DNA of 63,285 nt, filler included, from Lenisia limosa (Eukaryota > Protista > Breviatea), in NCBI GenBank assembly GCA_001655205.1. It is 15 parts of 15 records of this genome, joined end to end, with 100 filler letters (N's around TTAATTAATTAA, not from the genome) between each part and the next. Parts side by side here need not be neighbours in the genome. Positions count along the whole stretch, not along the records: positions 1 to 8,374 come from LPNZ01003609.1; positions 8,475 to 11,099 come from LPNZ01003656.1; positions 11,200 to 12,687 come from LPNZ01000877.1; 12 more parts are not named here. The stretch is one strand, 5' to 3'. Shown here piece after piece: positions 1-12,422 of the stretch. The notes under the pieces were generated by a model, which did no database searches, was not told the DNA's origin, and worked only from the letters and a program-made list of their open reading frames with translations. Numbering within the stretch: the stretch's first letter is position 1; each line of letters opens with the position of its first letter. Made by a program: the position numbers and the translations under genes.

Positions 1-1210
1 TGTGGACGGGGATACGTATATTAAAGGTTAAAAGTGTGAGTCTGTATATTTTTAGGCAACTACGGTCAGAAACGTACTTCGAAGCAGAAGGACTTGGTGA
101 CGTGGCGCAAGAGGTCGACCTTCCGTTCATCAGAAGGGCGAAGACGTGGAGCTTCCATCTTGGAGCACATCCAATTCCTCTCATCCTGGTTCTGGATATG
201 GAAGAATTCAGCCGTCACAGTGCCGCAATAGGCCTGGGTTAGCCGTTCCATGATTGTGGATAAAGACATCCTGATGACGTCATGATAAAGGTTAACGGTC
301 AAAGAAGGGAAGAATCTGTGACGAGCATTGCGACAAACCATTTGTAGCTCTCGTTAGAGTCGAGGAACAGGCCATCACCAACATAGAACTCACGGTCTTG
401 GTTGAGGTCGAAGCCGTAGGTTGCCGGGTCCAACTCGGGGCAAGAAGGTCCGCAGGCCTAGGCATTAATTAGTCACGCATTGGACCTACTTTGAGCTTTA
501 GGGGGTCAAGATTGGCAAGCAAGTGGCCACGAACTCGGAACGCTCTCACAAGAAGAACAACTGATATGTTAGTTCAAACCCAACAGGAAAATAGCCTACG
601 GTTCGAATAGTCCTTAATTGTGGACTGCTTCCATGACAACAACTCATCTTCCTAAAAATAGTCAGATTTCGGAGTAGGAGAAGTGCGCTGACTACACTAC
701 ATTGGATTTCAAGACTAATATCATCCCAATATATTTATCATTATTATCTATCATTACTTTCAAAATTTTAACCCCTGCATAGCAGCGCGAGTGTTAAATG
801 AAGAAAGGGGTGGAACGGGTTGGAATTCACTTTCTACAGAATCTTCTAGTATATTCCTTTATTCTATTTATAATAATCCACTTACCGAAAGTGTAACAGA
901 CTTGCCACCAGCTTCTCTGCAAAAGTGAAACTCACACCAAACGGAAACCAATGATAACGACATTGAACTGAATTCAAAAATAGAATACAAAATAGCCCTT
1001 CTTACTCTCCTGTAATCGACCCAACAACAGATGTGTAAAATCGGGTGCTGTAGGTGGACTAAAAGAGTAACATCATCCAACCAAAAAGAGATCTTACCGT
1101 ATTAGAATGGACTGCAGTAGAAACCAATCTGGGAGTCCTTCTACAATAATTAGATACTGATAAACCCAAGCAAAACCCTACGTCGCGACCCTTGTCAAAA
1201 GAGACAACAT
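1..1210 (-). CDS. OGDH: 2-oxoglutarate dehydrogenase E1 component, N-terminal exons (continues beyond window start)
   Basis: Spliced exons read VLLVRAFRVRGHLLANLDPLKLK, CPELDPATYGF and MSLSTIMERLTQAYCGTVTAEFFHIQNQDERNWM, matching the conserved E1o N-terminal motifs (RAYxxRGHxxAxLDPL; YCGxIGxEYMHI). ATG at ~1210 gives an Arg/Ser/Thr-rich mitochondrial-presequence-like start (MLSLLTRVATR...). Exact 5' exon phasing is uncertain. Confidence 0.9.
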
Positions 1211-1401
1211 TATGCCGACTGCTTCACAAGTTTATCTTGCTGATTCAGACAATATTTGAATTCAATTTCTTCAATAGCTACTTATTTATATATTGTTTCA
1301 GTATTGTTTCTCGTGTAAATAACGATTACTTTTGATTATAGTTTTTTAGGGGAAAAAAAGAAACAAAATTTAGAAAGAAATGTTGGAGTTGAGGAATTAG
1401 T

Positions 1402-4400
1402 ATGACACCAAAGAAGGTAATAACAAGAAGAGGAACACGCAAACCGGATTCCAAGTAAGTGAAGCGATTCATGGAAGGCTCTTCTAAGTTGATGCTCCAG
1501 CCTATTTAAAATATTATGTGTACATTTTGCCGATTTTAGTGCTAGAATTCGTTTAACCCTCCTCCCCGCCTCCCCAAGATTCCAACATCAGTTCTTATTC
1601 CCTGTTCTTGTCCCCTGTCTCCCCCTCACTTCTTTTACGTGCTATCAATCCTTGAATTTACATAATGTTGCTATTGGTTTAACTTGAACTGTGTGAAATG
1701 ACTTTGCAAAATGTTCGGAATTACGTTATTTTCTTCAGTTTTCCGGACTGGAGGCAGCAATGTACCGAACTGTTCTCAACCATCGAACGCCTTCATGATG
1801 CAAAAATTGGTATGCCTCCTTCCTCTTCTGTCGATTCTAATGTTTCTAGAAAATGATGAAAGAGTGGATCAATTAGAAAAGGAGCTCCTAGAGGTCTCAA
1901 CCCAGAGGGTTTGTCCGTTATGATGTCGTTATCTTTCAAGCAATATGGCAGATCAAAACTGAAAAACCAAACCGCTGAAGTAACAAAATCTATTCAGGTT
2001 TGGCATTTTATTTTACACCTTAAGTAATTCCCTTCAGGAAGACCTGAAAAATGCACGAGAGGAGTGTACCAAGGCTGACGAAAGAGAACAGAAGCTCAAA
2101 GAAGACCTCATCGCTTCTGAGGTTTGTTGATATTTTTGATATTAACATCTCACAAAGCAATATACTCTAACTGATATCTTTAGGAGAAGTATTATACGCT
2201 TGTAAAGGCCAATACAGTAAGCGACATTGATATGGTCTTTCTAAGACGCAGGATCTGAGACGTAACTATTATGAAGTAACTGAGGACAATGAGCGACTGA
2301 GGGTGGAAAAGGTTGGAGGGAGTTTTTTCCCCCATTGATGGGTTCCTTTTTACAACTTAAGAATGAGAGATCAATAAGAATCAATGAAAAGGTTGAGCAT
2401 TTGAAAAAAGGCATTCAAGCCACTCTGGGAGTACTAAGCCAAGTTCGGGTAAGAGCCACACTAAAGCAATGACCAGGCCCAGGCAACAGAAGACATGATC
2501 AAAGTACGGGACGCTCTGATGCCAACGTTGCGGCTTTTACCTTCAATTGCAATCCCGGCAACTGTCGCCAATATGAAGGTTCAAACCGCGCATATGTCAG
2601 CTCCATCTGTTGAAGCTTTGAGAACTTCTGTTGATTTGGCAACCCCACCAGATTCCTTGGGCGTGCTTAATTCCCCTTCGCCTAAAAAGAAGAATGTTGG
2701 CTCAATTTTCCTCGACAAACCCCGATCTTCCCCCTTACACTGCAGGTGCCGAATGATGTTCCTCACAGTGTTCAATTTAAAGAAGAAACACAGGTGGGGC
2801 TTCTTTGATATGTAAAGAAGTCGATAATTCCATTATGTTTCACCATTCAGGTTTTCACATTTCAAAAGCAGTCTTCATCCGAGGCATCTTCTAACTTCCT
2901 TCCTGGTTTGCTGTTCTTGATTGTTTCATCAAAGTAGAAACTCAAGATCCTTCTCTCCAAAAAGATGAAATCACCCTTCGTCTCAAAAAAGCGAGAGTCC
3001 GACCAGGTGTGGACTCCGAAGTCACTGTTCCAGATCTTGCCAATCAAATGTAAGCTTGGTACGAAACAAAAGTGGTTCAATAAGATAACTCGTCCAGAGA
3101 GCCTACGCAACAGCCAAGTGACACAATGATGACAAATGCTTCTCCTCAGATGGCATCTCCCGAAAGTGATTACAGTTCAATACCCGACAGTTTGGTGCCG
3201 AAAAGTCCAATTCCACCCCCAAAAAGGACTCGTGAACCGACACGGCCTGCCTCACCAGTTCAACCCCAAGGTCTGCACCATGTCTCTTGTCAACTAATGC
3301 TAATGTTTCTGATTATGTAGTAACTTCAAAAATGGAAGACTCGTTAGGTGTTACGGAAGGAGGGGATGAGTCGGAGGAAATCTGCGGAGATCAAACAACT
3401 CAAGAGGAAGATAACCAATCGTAAGTGTTTCTGTGTTGGTGTTAATTGCACATAGGTCTCAAGAAACATTGAATGGTAATGATATTCCAACCCAAGAGGT
3501 AAGCTTAATCTAGTGTATTCCTTTTCTATGCATTCTCTGATTTGAACAGGAAGATGACCAAGATGAAAAAGCAGCAAAAGGTAGGGGTTAGACATCTCAT
3601 CCTTTTAGATGACGAAGAGGAACTTGATGATCCTAATGCCCCGACGCAACAAATTTCGGTCGGCTTTGGGTGTCCCATTATAACTCTTCAGATGTCTGTG
3701 CATCCAAATACATTCCTTTCGGAGTACCAAACGCCTCTTCCGCACTCCCTCCATGTAGGCTGATTCTGTAACCATTGCACCAATGAAATGAAGAAAATCA
3801 GCAATTGGGCCATTTACCACAGTAGACCCCTAAGTCACCCAAATCTCGACCACAGCATGATAGTGACGTGATTGGTGTTACCGGTAGTTACCAATTCCAA
3901 CCAATGCGGAATGACCCTGTATGCTGTTGTGTTTTGTGCCTTGTTTAGCAGGTCACAGAAAGAGTGTTACCGACATGGAACAGAGAGTCTTACAAACTGA
4001 ATATTTAGCTTTTGGATGATGATTTCGATGAAGATGACGAGGGTCTGTATGTATGCTGGGTTGGTGATTAGTATTACTTTAATCAATTTTTGTTGGTGGC
4101 ATTAGCAGCTTTGGCCAGATAAACTCTTGTAACTTTTTGAATCATTTTCACGTATGAACTGTAATTTTCCACGAAGTTACATAAGATGATAACTATATTG
4201 GGGACGAAGAACCACTAAATTGCTCTGACATGTCAGGAGCCCCCCCCCCAGGATGTAGTTGAGGCTGAGTATTATGATCCCATTACGTCACAACCTCCAA
4301 ATGACGTTGTTGTGGAGCACGCAGACGGTTCGCTTAAATTCCACCTGGAATCCTGTCCTTGATGATAGTATTATTATATTTAGGAGCGTTCTACCCTACG

Positions 4401-6342
4401 AAAGTATCAAAGCCTTTTGAATCGGCCTATTCTGGACAGCAGGACATTCCTTATGGTTTTCAACAGAAAAGCAGTGAAGCCATGAGCATCTTTTGCCATC
4501 AGAGGCAGCAGGGGACAACTATTGGTTTGGCGTTTTTTATATCACAAGTACAGACACAAAGCCGATAGCAGTGCCTCCACCAGTTCCCTTTCATAACAGA
4601 AGCAGCAATGCAGCATCTCCTCAAGCAACTAACAGAAAATTGTTCCAGTCGCAGGTCACGTCACCGAAGAAGACCAGTAAGCTCTCTCTTCCAAAACGCT
4701 GACCTGTAGTTCCGTTTACGACAGCTCCGAAAGGGAGAGTTCTGTAAGTGCATTGGTACCACTTTCGCAGTAACATTTTAGGCCGTCTTCGTTGTCAGCG
4801 CCAACATCACCGTCAAAACCCAGGAACGCTCCTATTGAAGGTGAGTACACATTAGTTCTGACAACCAGGTGCTGGTATGCGGTCACTGAAGCAATCGTCA
4901 GCCATCAAAATGCCGCCAAATAGGCCAGCTGTTCATCGAAGGTATGATGATTCAAGATGATAAGTCAATCTATCTCTTCACGATACCATTTATTGTCCCA
5001 GGAAGAGCACGTCAAGTATTAAGGATTTTGTGCACAGTTGCAAACAAACTGGAAAAGCCAAAGCTAGAGACGCAAATGGACGTCCAGTGTCCCTGTATGT
5101 ATTGTCTCTGTGACTAAGTATTCACCTGAGATTTGCTGACCCCTCAGGCCCAAACACACCCCAATGAGCACCGACTTTATGAAGCAATATGAGGAGGGCA
5201 AAGACCCCTCACAAACTCCTGGAGGCGACAGCAATAAGTGGGGTGTTGCACCGATCATGTAGATCAATAGCTGTTCATTTGTATTTCGAAAGAAACAATA
5301 TCAAATTCAATTTGACATTGCATCCAGGTTCAAGCCGAACGCTATTGTTTTCGAAGGCGATCCTTCGTTGTTCCAAACTTACAAGAAACGTGGGTGCCGT
5401 GTTTGACTCAGTTTCCACACCTCACAATGAGAGCATATCTCACCTTGCAGTTGCCCCGGCCGGGGACCGAAGGGTGAGAGGCCAGCTGAAAGCCAATCGA
5501 TTCAAGGCGCCGGGTAGAGACGTAGGCCTATCTTGATGGTGACCGCTTTAGAAACCAATTCCTGGAGTAAAGCAGAAGAAAGTGACTTCGTGAGTTTGAT
5601 CCTTCCTTTGAAGCGCTCTTACCGTTTAGATACTATGAAACCTACAATGCTCGGATCAGCCCTCACAAAGAAATTCAGGACGTACACCCTGAGGCTATTG
5701 AAGATAGTGACGATGGCGACTTCGAACACACCACTACAGGTTGGCTTGGTTCAACAATGACGGTACTTGGCTGCAGGGGGTTGAGAATGTTGGAAGCCAA
5801 AAAGTTTGAAGACTTTGCCTCAAGAAAAGGTGTTACAGGACGCTAATTGAACTGATTTTGAGGGATTTATGAAGAAAAGTCGTCGAATTTTTGTATTGAA
5901 TTAGTTTCCAACCCTCAGCGGCCAAGAACCACAATGACGTTCCAGTGCCGCCACCACCGCCGGTGGTCGCTCATCCGGCCAAGAAACCAGCCAAAGAAAA
6001 CACTCCGGATGAAAGGTGTGTTGTTGTGGTGTCATCTGATTATTAGGGTCATCCCCCAACGACTGTATGAACTACATCGTGTGCGCAAGAAGGCCGATAG
6101 GAAGCTTTTGGAGGGAACCACCTGCTATCTTTGCAACCAGGTTGGCCCGTTGTTTTGTTTACTCTATAGTTCTACGACAAAATGGATATCCCTGGCTTTG
6201 TGCACGATTGTAGCAGGCACCGAACGTTCAATGTAAGTAATGCAAGTAATGCTAAGGTGACGCTTTTCAGGCTGCGGAGCCAGATACTCCAGAAGCCCAG
6301 TGGAGAATCGACATGCCCGATACCCCAGAAGTATCAAAATAG
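1402..6342 (+). CDS. RBBP8: CtIP/Sae2/Com1-like DNA end-resection factor (N-terminal coiled coil, long low-complexity middle, C-terminal SAE2 domain)
   Basis: The last three exons (~6049-6140, 6170-6232, 6271-6342) splice to VRKKADRKLLEGTTCYLCNQFYDKMDIPGFVHDCSRHRTFNAAEPDTPEAQWRIDMPDT, the CtIP signature VRKKxER..G..CxxC..YY..CSRHR..TPE.W. Coiled-coil exons lie at ~1850-2450. That all exons form one gene is inferred from strand and continuity. Confidence 0.8.
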
Positions 6343-6579
6343 TTTACATAAATTCATGGTGGAAGTTGTTTCTTTTTTGACACGTGTACAATATCGTATT
6401 CAATATTCTCTTTAAATAGATGATAATATGTTTTTTCAAATTATCTGTGTCACCCACCCATAAATCTAAAATACAATATATTGAAATCATCTAAATTAAG
6501 TTTACTTGAATGATATATTACCTTCAGTTGTCTGAAGAGTTAAGAAATCAACTGGGGCAAAAACGCAAACCTCAGTCAC

Positions 6580-8201
6580 CTATATGCCCCATCCGCCGTC
6601 TGACCAGGCGCCCTTGGACTTCTTCCCAGATTTGTCCACTTCCTTCTTGATGCTACATGAGATGGCCGGTACTGGTACGTGACATTCACCTTCCTATTAT
6701 AGTAAGTCGAAAAAATCGGAAACTTACATCAACTTGAGCGGGTGTAGGAGGCTTCTTCGGTGTACTGGGGTGGAGAGGGGGTTTCATTGGGAATGAACTC
6801 AAACTCATCTAAAAGGTCAGAAAAGGTGAAGTCTCGCAAAATGGGTTACTAAAAACCGACTATCTGGTCCCTTTCTCGCTAATCCAGAGGCCGACAGATA
6901 TCACGTCTAATTTTCTAGAATTGAATCGAGGTGCCTTTTTAAGAGAAATTATGTGGGTTGTTGGAATTGTGGAAAAAAACTGCCATTTTGACCCAAACTC
7001 GTGGTTTCAGGCCAATATTATCAGGTGGATAAAACTCAATCACAAACAAAAAAATAGCTTTCATGCCCATTGCCCCTCACATTGGCCAGTCTGTTGAGGT
7101 CAGTTTGACCGGTACGGATGGGTGTGGGAGAGGCGGTGACGACCGCAGCCTCAGGCTTCAGCCAGTTGGGAGGGGGAGAATGCGACACTCCCGGGGTGGC
7201 ACACTGCGGGTGAGAACAGACAAGACATTGTAACAGTGTATGCTAGGTGGGACTAGGACCCAGACACACTGTTGGAGTACTAATATTCATCTAGATTTGA
7301 GTTCCCTGGATTAGCACTCTTACAACATGAGTTACCTGAGTGACGCTACTCTGAGGGGAGGGCGACGGAGTGGGAAGCGCGGCAGGAAGAGGTTCGGTCA
7401 TCTTGGTGGTAAGCATGGAGCAAAGGTAAAGGATATCTGTGCTTTTGAGGAAGACACTCACCGGTGCGAATGCGCTTGGGCTTGGGGTCAGGATAGTGGG
7501 TGACGGTTTGCGTGGCGGCGGCGCAGTGTTGGTCACACGCCATGTTGGCAGGTTCGTCTCCGGAGTAATCGGGCCTAAATGATCATAGATCGCGTGGTCT
7601 GCTCACCCTTGGTGGTTTTCTCGCTTCCTGCACCCCAGGACGGCCTAGCAGCGTCAGAGTCAGCGGCCGGCTTGTGCATGGAGTGGGCAGCAGACTTGGA
7701 CATTGTCAGGATCTGGGCGACCGTGTTGTAGATGTGAAGGCCATCCTGGTGGTCAGTCTTGCCTTGGACGACTTACCTTGCCGAAGGGGATTTCCCTGGG
7801 GTGTGCCATTCTTTGCCACAAAAGCTGCTTAAGGACCTTCCGAGCATTGAACAGGAGAGGAACAACTGTGCTGTTAGTCTTGCCAGAGGAGATTCCTACT
7901 TGGTCTCGGCACCTTCAGATTGATGGGTGAAATCAGCTCAACAGCCGTGGTGTGTTCTAGATGGTCAGAAGGAAGGCTATCAAACAAACAATCGAACCCA
8001 AATCTGACCATTTGATTGACTGATTTTGAAATCCGAGCCAAAGAAGAGCAAAGATTCAGGTGTAACCTGAAAAGTCAGTATTGTCGGTTTTTGCCAGCCT
8101 AACTAACCATGTCCAGCTTCCTGATGTACGTGATTTCGTGTGTGGAACCCGGCACGAGGTTGGAGACTGCTTGCACCTTTTCGCCGAACAAGAACCATGG
8201 A
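6580..8201 (-). CDS. DEAH/RHA-type RNA helicase, C-terminal OB-fold region plus low-complexity tail (5' part missing at spacer 8375)
   Basis: Exons splice to PWFLFGEKVQ...TYIRKLDMVTPESLLFFGSDFKI and VVPLLFNARKVLKQLLWQRMAHP, resembling the DHX36/DHX57/DHX29-type C-terminus (WLxYxEK..V+P..LLFFG; L..LRK.L..LL..K+.+P). Stop at 6580-6582. Confidence 0.7.
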
Positions 8202-8374
8202 CTACAAGGTCAGAGCAAAGCAACTGCACAATATTCTATCTTCCAAACATCACAAAAGAAATCTATTATATATGATATAAGTAAACAAATAATGCATAAA
8301 TATCTAATAATATGTAGATAATCAAACAATGGATTAGAATAATTATGCATCAGTCAGAACAAGATCTCTCCTCT

Positions 8375-8474
8375 NNNNNNNNNNNNNNNNNNNNNNNNNN
8401 NNNNNNNNNNNNNNNNNNTTAATTAATTAANNNNNNNNNNNNNNNNNNNNNNNNNNNNNNNNNNNNNNNNNNNN
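8375..8474. other. artificial scaffold spacer N44-TTAATTAATTAA-N44 (first of 14)
   Basis: Identical 100-nt blocks start at 8375, 11100, 12688, 14616, 16105, 24387, 27525, 29561, 34323, 48892, 50457, 56379, 60553 and 61702. The palindromic 12-mer has a stop codon in all six frames. Confidence 0.97.
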
Positions 8475-8544
8475 CCTAATGCCACCCCCCAAAAAAAACG
8501 CTCCTTGCCTTTACACCCCAAGCTATCAGATCATATAATTCTAT

Positions 8545-11099
8545 ATTATACTATACAAGACCTCACCGCTCCCATCGAGCAGTTAAAGACGTACCCCCAA
8601 AACAATCAAAACTTACCTTTCTCCACGCCAGGCTTTGCTAGTGCCAGCTCCCTACCCTTAGACTACAATAAAGACAACGAGAACCGTGACAATGCAATCG
8701 AAGCCAAAACTAATGAAGAGTGGGTGGGGGGTATAACTAAAGCTTCCCTACAGTCCGAAAAAGACCTTTTAAATATCGATATTTATCTAGGATTTATCGA
8801 AAGATTCGGTCTTTTTGGGACTGTAGGGAACCCAGGAAACAATGGCGTGTATAGGCACATCACCTGACCTGACCGAAAACATTGTATCTTTTTTTGTGTT
8901 GGTTTTTTGAAACGAATTACTTTTACTATGATTTGACAAAAACGAATTATTTTCACTGTACTTGGCATTGCTTTCCTGACGCATAGCTTATCCACCCCAC
9001 CCCACTTACGCATTTAGGGCTGATAAGCCGCAGCAGTGGTCACAGTGTTTCACAGACACCTCTCTGAGCCAACCTGAAGAGAACTACTTCGAAGCTGCTC
9101 CGGCAGCAAAGGAACCTCTGGTAGGTGTTCATCTTTGGTGTCTTGTTGGTGTCTTTTTGGTGCTATTTGGTGTTCATTTTGCTGCTATTGTTTTTATTGT
9201 TGTTCTTTNNNNNNNNNNNNNNNNNNNNNNNNNNNNNNNNNNNNNNNNNNNNNNNNNNNNNNNNNNNNNNNNNNNNNNNNNNNNNNNNNNNNNNNNNNNN
9301 NNNNNNNNNNNNNNNNNNNNNNNNNNNNNNNNNNNNNNNNNNNNNNNNNNNNNNNNNNNNNNNNNNNNNNNNNNNNNNNNNNNNNNNNNNNTCGTTCCCA
9401 ATGTTTTCCTCAGCAAAAACCCTACCGCTCGATTTCAACAAAGAATCTGAAACTAATAGGGACGAACTAGATGCGGAAACGAACGCTAATGAAGCCTTTC
9501 CAGAACCCTCAGCGGATATCACCCCTACAACAACCCCGATTAAGCCCTCGTTTGATTGGAACGACCGATTTGATGACAGCTCTTCCCTGGTTTCTTCCCC
9601 CGATAACAAGACCGTCACACCGCTTCAACCCTCCCCTAAAAACAAGACGGATTTCACGGTTCAAGAAATTCCCAAGTTTAGAGGGGTTCCTTCTGCACCA
9701 AAAATGCTGGCAAAGTAGGCGGGAGGGGGGTATGGCAAGATTGTATTTGAAATGTAATAAATAGTATTGATTGCTCTTCTTGTGACCGAAGAGGCACTGA
9801 AAAAACCTATTGATTTGATATCATTTAACAAAATTTGAAAATTAAGTGTCTGAAATGGGATTCTGTCCAACTTCAATTTGTTTTGTTTTTTTGAAAAAAT
9901 TTACAAATATAAAGTAAATTTTGCAACTACAGACGTTTTTTTAAAGAGCCGCCTCATTGTTAGACAAGTCGAGAACTGACCCCTGCAGGACCCCAGAGGT
10001 ACCACGACGGACGCACGTGACCTCTGTTCCCCCTCGAGGCCCTAAGGCAAGGCAGCAGAAAGGCCCGGGTTTCAAGGCTCCACGGTTGGGGGGGTGTCTA
10101 GTGTTGGGCGGAGAGGAGGTTGGGGATTTCGGGAAAATATCGATAGTTTTCGAGGATTTATCGAGAAATTCAGTCTTTTATTGAACTGAAGTGAAGCCCC
10201 AGTTGGGAGATTGGTAGAAGGAGGTACTTGATCTCTTTTTTTTTTTTTTATNNNNNNNNNNNNNNNNNNNNNNNNNNNNNNNNNNNNNNNNNNNNNNNNN
10301 NNNNNNNNNNNNNNNNNNNNNNNNNNNATTATTGCTGCTGGTGATATTGACGATTTAGGCCTGTTATTAAGGGGTCAAGAGTGTTTGACGCGATTCGCGA
10401 GAAGAACAACTGGTCAAAGGATCCCCTGGTGAGCTTAATTAAATATTAATACTGAGGGATTTATACTGTTAAAGGACCCCCTGTTGAGCTTAATTCAATT
10501 TGTTGCATATTATCAAAAGACCCACTAGGTGGACCTTTATTGCATAATACTGATAATACTCCTTTTTTAAAATAATTGTTGAACACAAGACAAGGGAAAC
10601 AAATACACATTAGGACCATATGTCTGGGAAGCGTCTTGAAGCGTTTTGGGGTCCTCATCCTCTCTAAAAGTGAATGTCACATCGCATTCACGTCCCCCTT
10701 TTACACCAATTAAGGCTGGTAAAGATGGACATGATGAGGAAAACGCAGCGAACTCCAAAAACCATACTAAGGTAGTGGGAGGTTTAGGTTGCCCTGGTGT
10801 ACTTATCACCAAATTTGTTACATTATTCCTTGATTCCATTTTTTAAGTAATTGAGTAACTGTTGATTTGTTTACCAAATATCATTTGAATCATTTATACG
10901 AATATTGGGATATGCTTTTAGACATTTGTAAGATAAGTATAATTATCAAACTACCTCTTTTTATCTGACTCTCCACTACCGCTATGACTCATTTAGGACC
11001 CGAAAAAGGAGACAAAGGAGACCGCAGACCTCCGAGAGGAGAAGGCCCTGGAAAACACACTGGAGAGCCTGGATAATCCCGTCGTCTTTAAGTGGCAGA
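8545..11099 (+). CDS. hypothetical multi-exon protein, partial
   Basis: GT-AG-bounded, protein-like exons (FSTPGFASASSLPLDYNKD..., FSSAKTLPLDFNKESE..., GSRVFDAIREKNNWSKDPL, GPEKETKETADLREEKALENTLESLDNPVVFKWQ). No family recognised. Confidence 0.5.
8738..8834. mobile_element. family B MITE, full copy (CCTAC arm type)
   Basis: CTTCCCTACAGTCCGAAAAAGACC...AAATATCGATATTT...GGTCTTTTTGGGACTGTAGGGAA inverted arms. Confidence 0.85.
10130..10201. mobile_element. family B MITE, partial
   Basis: AAAATATCGATAGTTTTCGAGGATTTATCGAGAAATTCAGTCTTTTATTGAACTGAAGTGAAGCCCC (core plus one arm). Confidence 0.8.
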
Positions 11100-11224
11100 N
11101 NNNNNNNNNNNNNNNNNNNNNNNNNNNNNNNNNNNNNNNNNNNTTAATTAATTAANNNNNNNNNNNNNNNNNNNNNNNNNNNNNNNNNNNNNNNNNNNNC
11201 CCCCCCCCCCCCCACTGCAACAAC

Positions 11225-12321
11225 TCTGTCAAATTCCTTGTCCTTCAGCCCAGCATTGGAAAGTCCTCCTGCAATGCCTTGACGCTCCATTTCGGCATCA
11301 ATCTGGGGTGAATGATGAAACACTCTTAGTAAACCAATGTGTTAACAGTAAACAACATAACATCCCTATAAACACTTGTATAATTATCAGCACATTCCAA
11401 CACGTAAGCTCACACAAACACATTCCCACCTGTTTGAGGGTGTCAGCAATGGCCTTCTGAACGTCCGCCGGTTCATGGTCGTAAATGCCCTTGAGGAACG
11501 GCGATGCTGCGATGGGCCCTTGGGACTGGGCAAGNNNNNNNNNNNNNNNNNNNNNNNNNNNNNNNNNNNNNNNNNNNNNNNNNNNNNNNNNNNNNNNNNN
11601 NNNNNNNNNNNNNNNNNNNNNNNNNNNNNNNNNNNNNNNNNNNNNNNNNNNNNNNNNNNNNNNNNNNNNNNNNNNNNNNNNNNNNNNNNNNNNNNNNNNN
11701 NNNNNNNNNNNNNNNNNNNNNNNNNNNNNNNNNNNNNNNNNNNNNNNNNNNNNNNNNNNNNNNNNNNNNNNNNNNNNNNNNNNNNNNNNNNNNNNNNNNN
11801 NAATTAAAAAAAATAAGGACACACCATCATGCTTATAAGAGAATTGAATTTTGTTTTGTATTAATACACCCAATCATTTACCTTAAACTCTCCCAAGCAT
11901 AAAGATACTCTCTTGTTTGATTTCGTATTTCGATATTTTCCCCAAAACCCTTGATTTCAATATCTCCCTTTCCCCCATATCTTCTTCCTTCAAACCTCTG
12001 GGCGGTATTTCGCGTATTGTTCGTAAACACCAAATCATCTTCTTCCTCTTCCTCCTCCTCAGTGTGGTGAGAGGGCTCAGCGTCGGAAATCACGTCCAAG
12101 TCTGCGGCTTCTTCTTCCTCCTGGGACGGGGGTAAAACTGGATATAGGTGGGAGGAGGGGGGAATAAAATATTGAAGATATTTTTAAAAAATAAAAAAGA
12201 GAAAACTGAAAGCTGAGCCAAAACACAGGTTGTTCGTTATGTATCCCATACCATTTCCCTGGAGTCCTCATCTATCAATTCGCTCTCCTCCGGCGCCTGG
12301 AAGGCCTTGACGTCTTCTTGT
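11225..12321 (-). CDS. hypothetical protein with acidic region, partial
   Basis: Exons QEDVKAFQAPEESELIDEDSREM, EEEEEEEDDLVFTNNTRNTAQRFEGRRYGG...REYLYAWESLR, GPIAASPFLKGIYDHEPADVQKAIADTLKQ and IDAEMERQGIAGG have splice-like boundaries. Confidence 0.5.
11803..11848 (-). repeat. family A interspersed repeat, internally deleted
   Basis: Reverse strand reads TCTCTTATAAGCATGATGGTGTGTCCTTATTTTTTTTAAT. Confidence 0.6.
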
Positions 12322-12422
12322 CTAATATAGTAAGTATGCCTTGCCTAATATAGCAGGTAGGTTTTTCCTAATATAGTAAGTATGTCTTGCCTAATAGAGT
12401 AAGTAGGTTCTTGCCTAATATT
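12322..12422. repeat. 23-bp tandem repeat (~4.3 units) abutting a 3' splice site
   Basis: CTAATATAGTAAGTATGCCTTGC-like units at 12322, 12345, 12368, 12391 and 12415. Confidence 0.9.

Noticed and set aside
8419-8430. TTAATTAATTAA palindrome recurring 14 times
   Set aside because: Always centred in exactly 44+44 Ns; it is an assembly spacer, not biological sequence.
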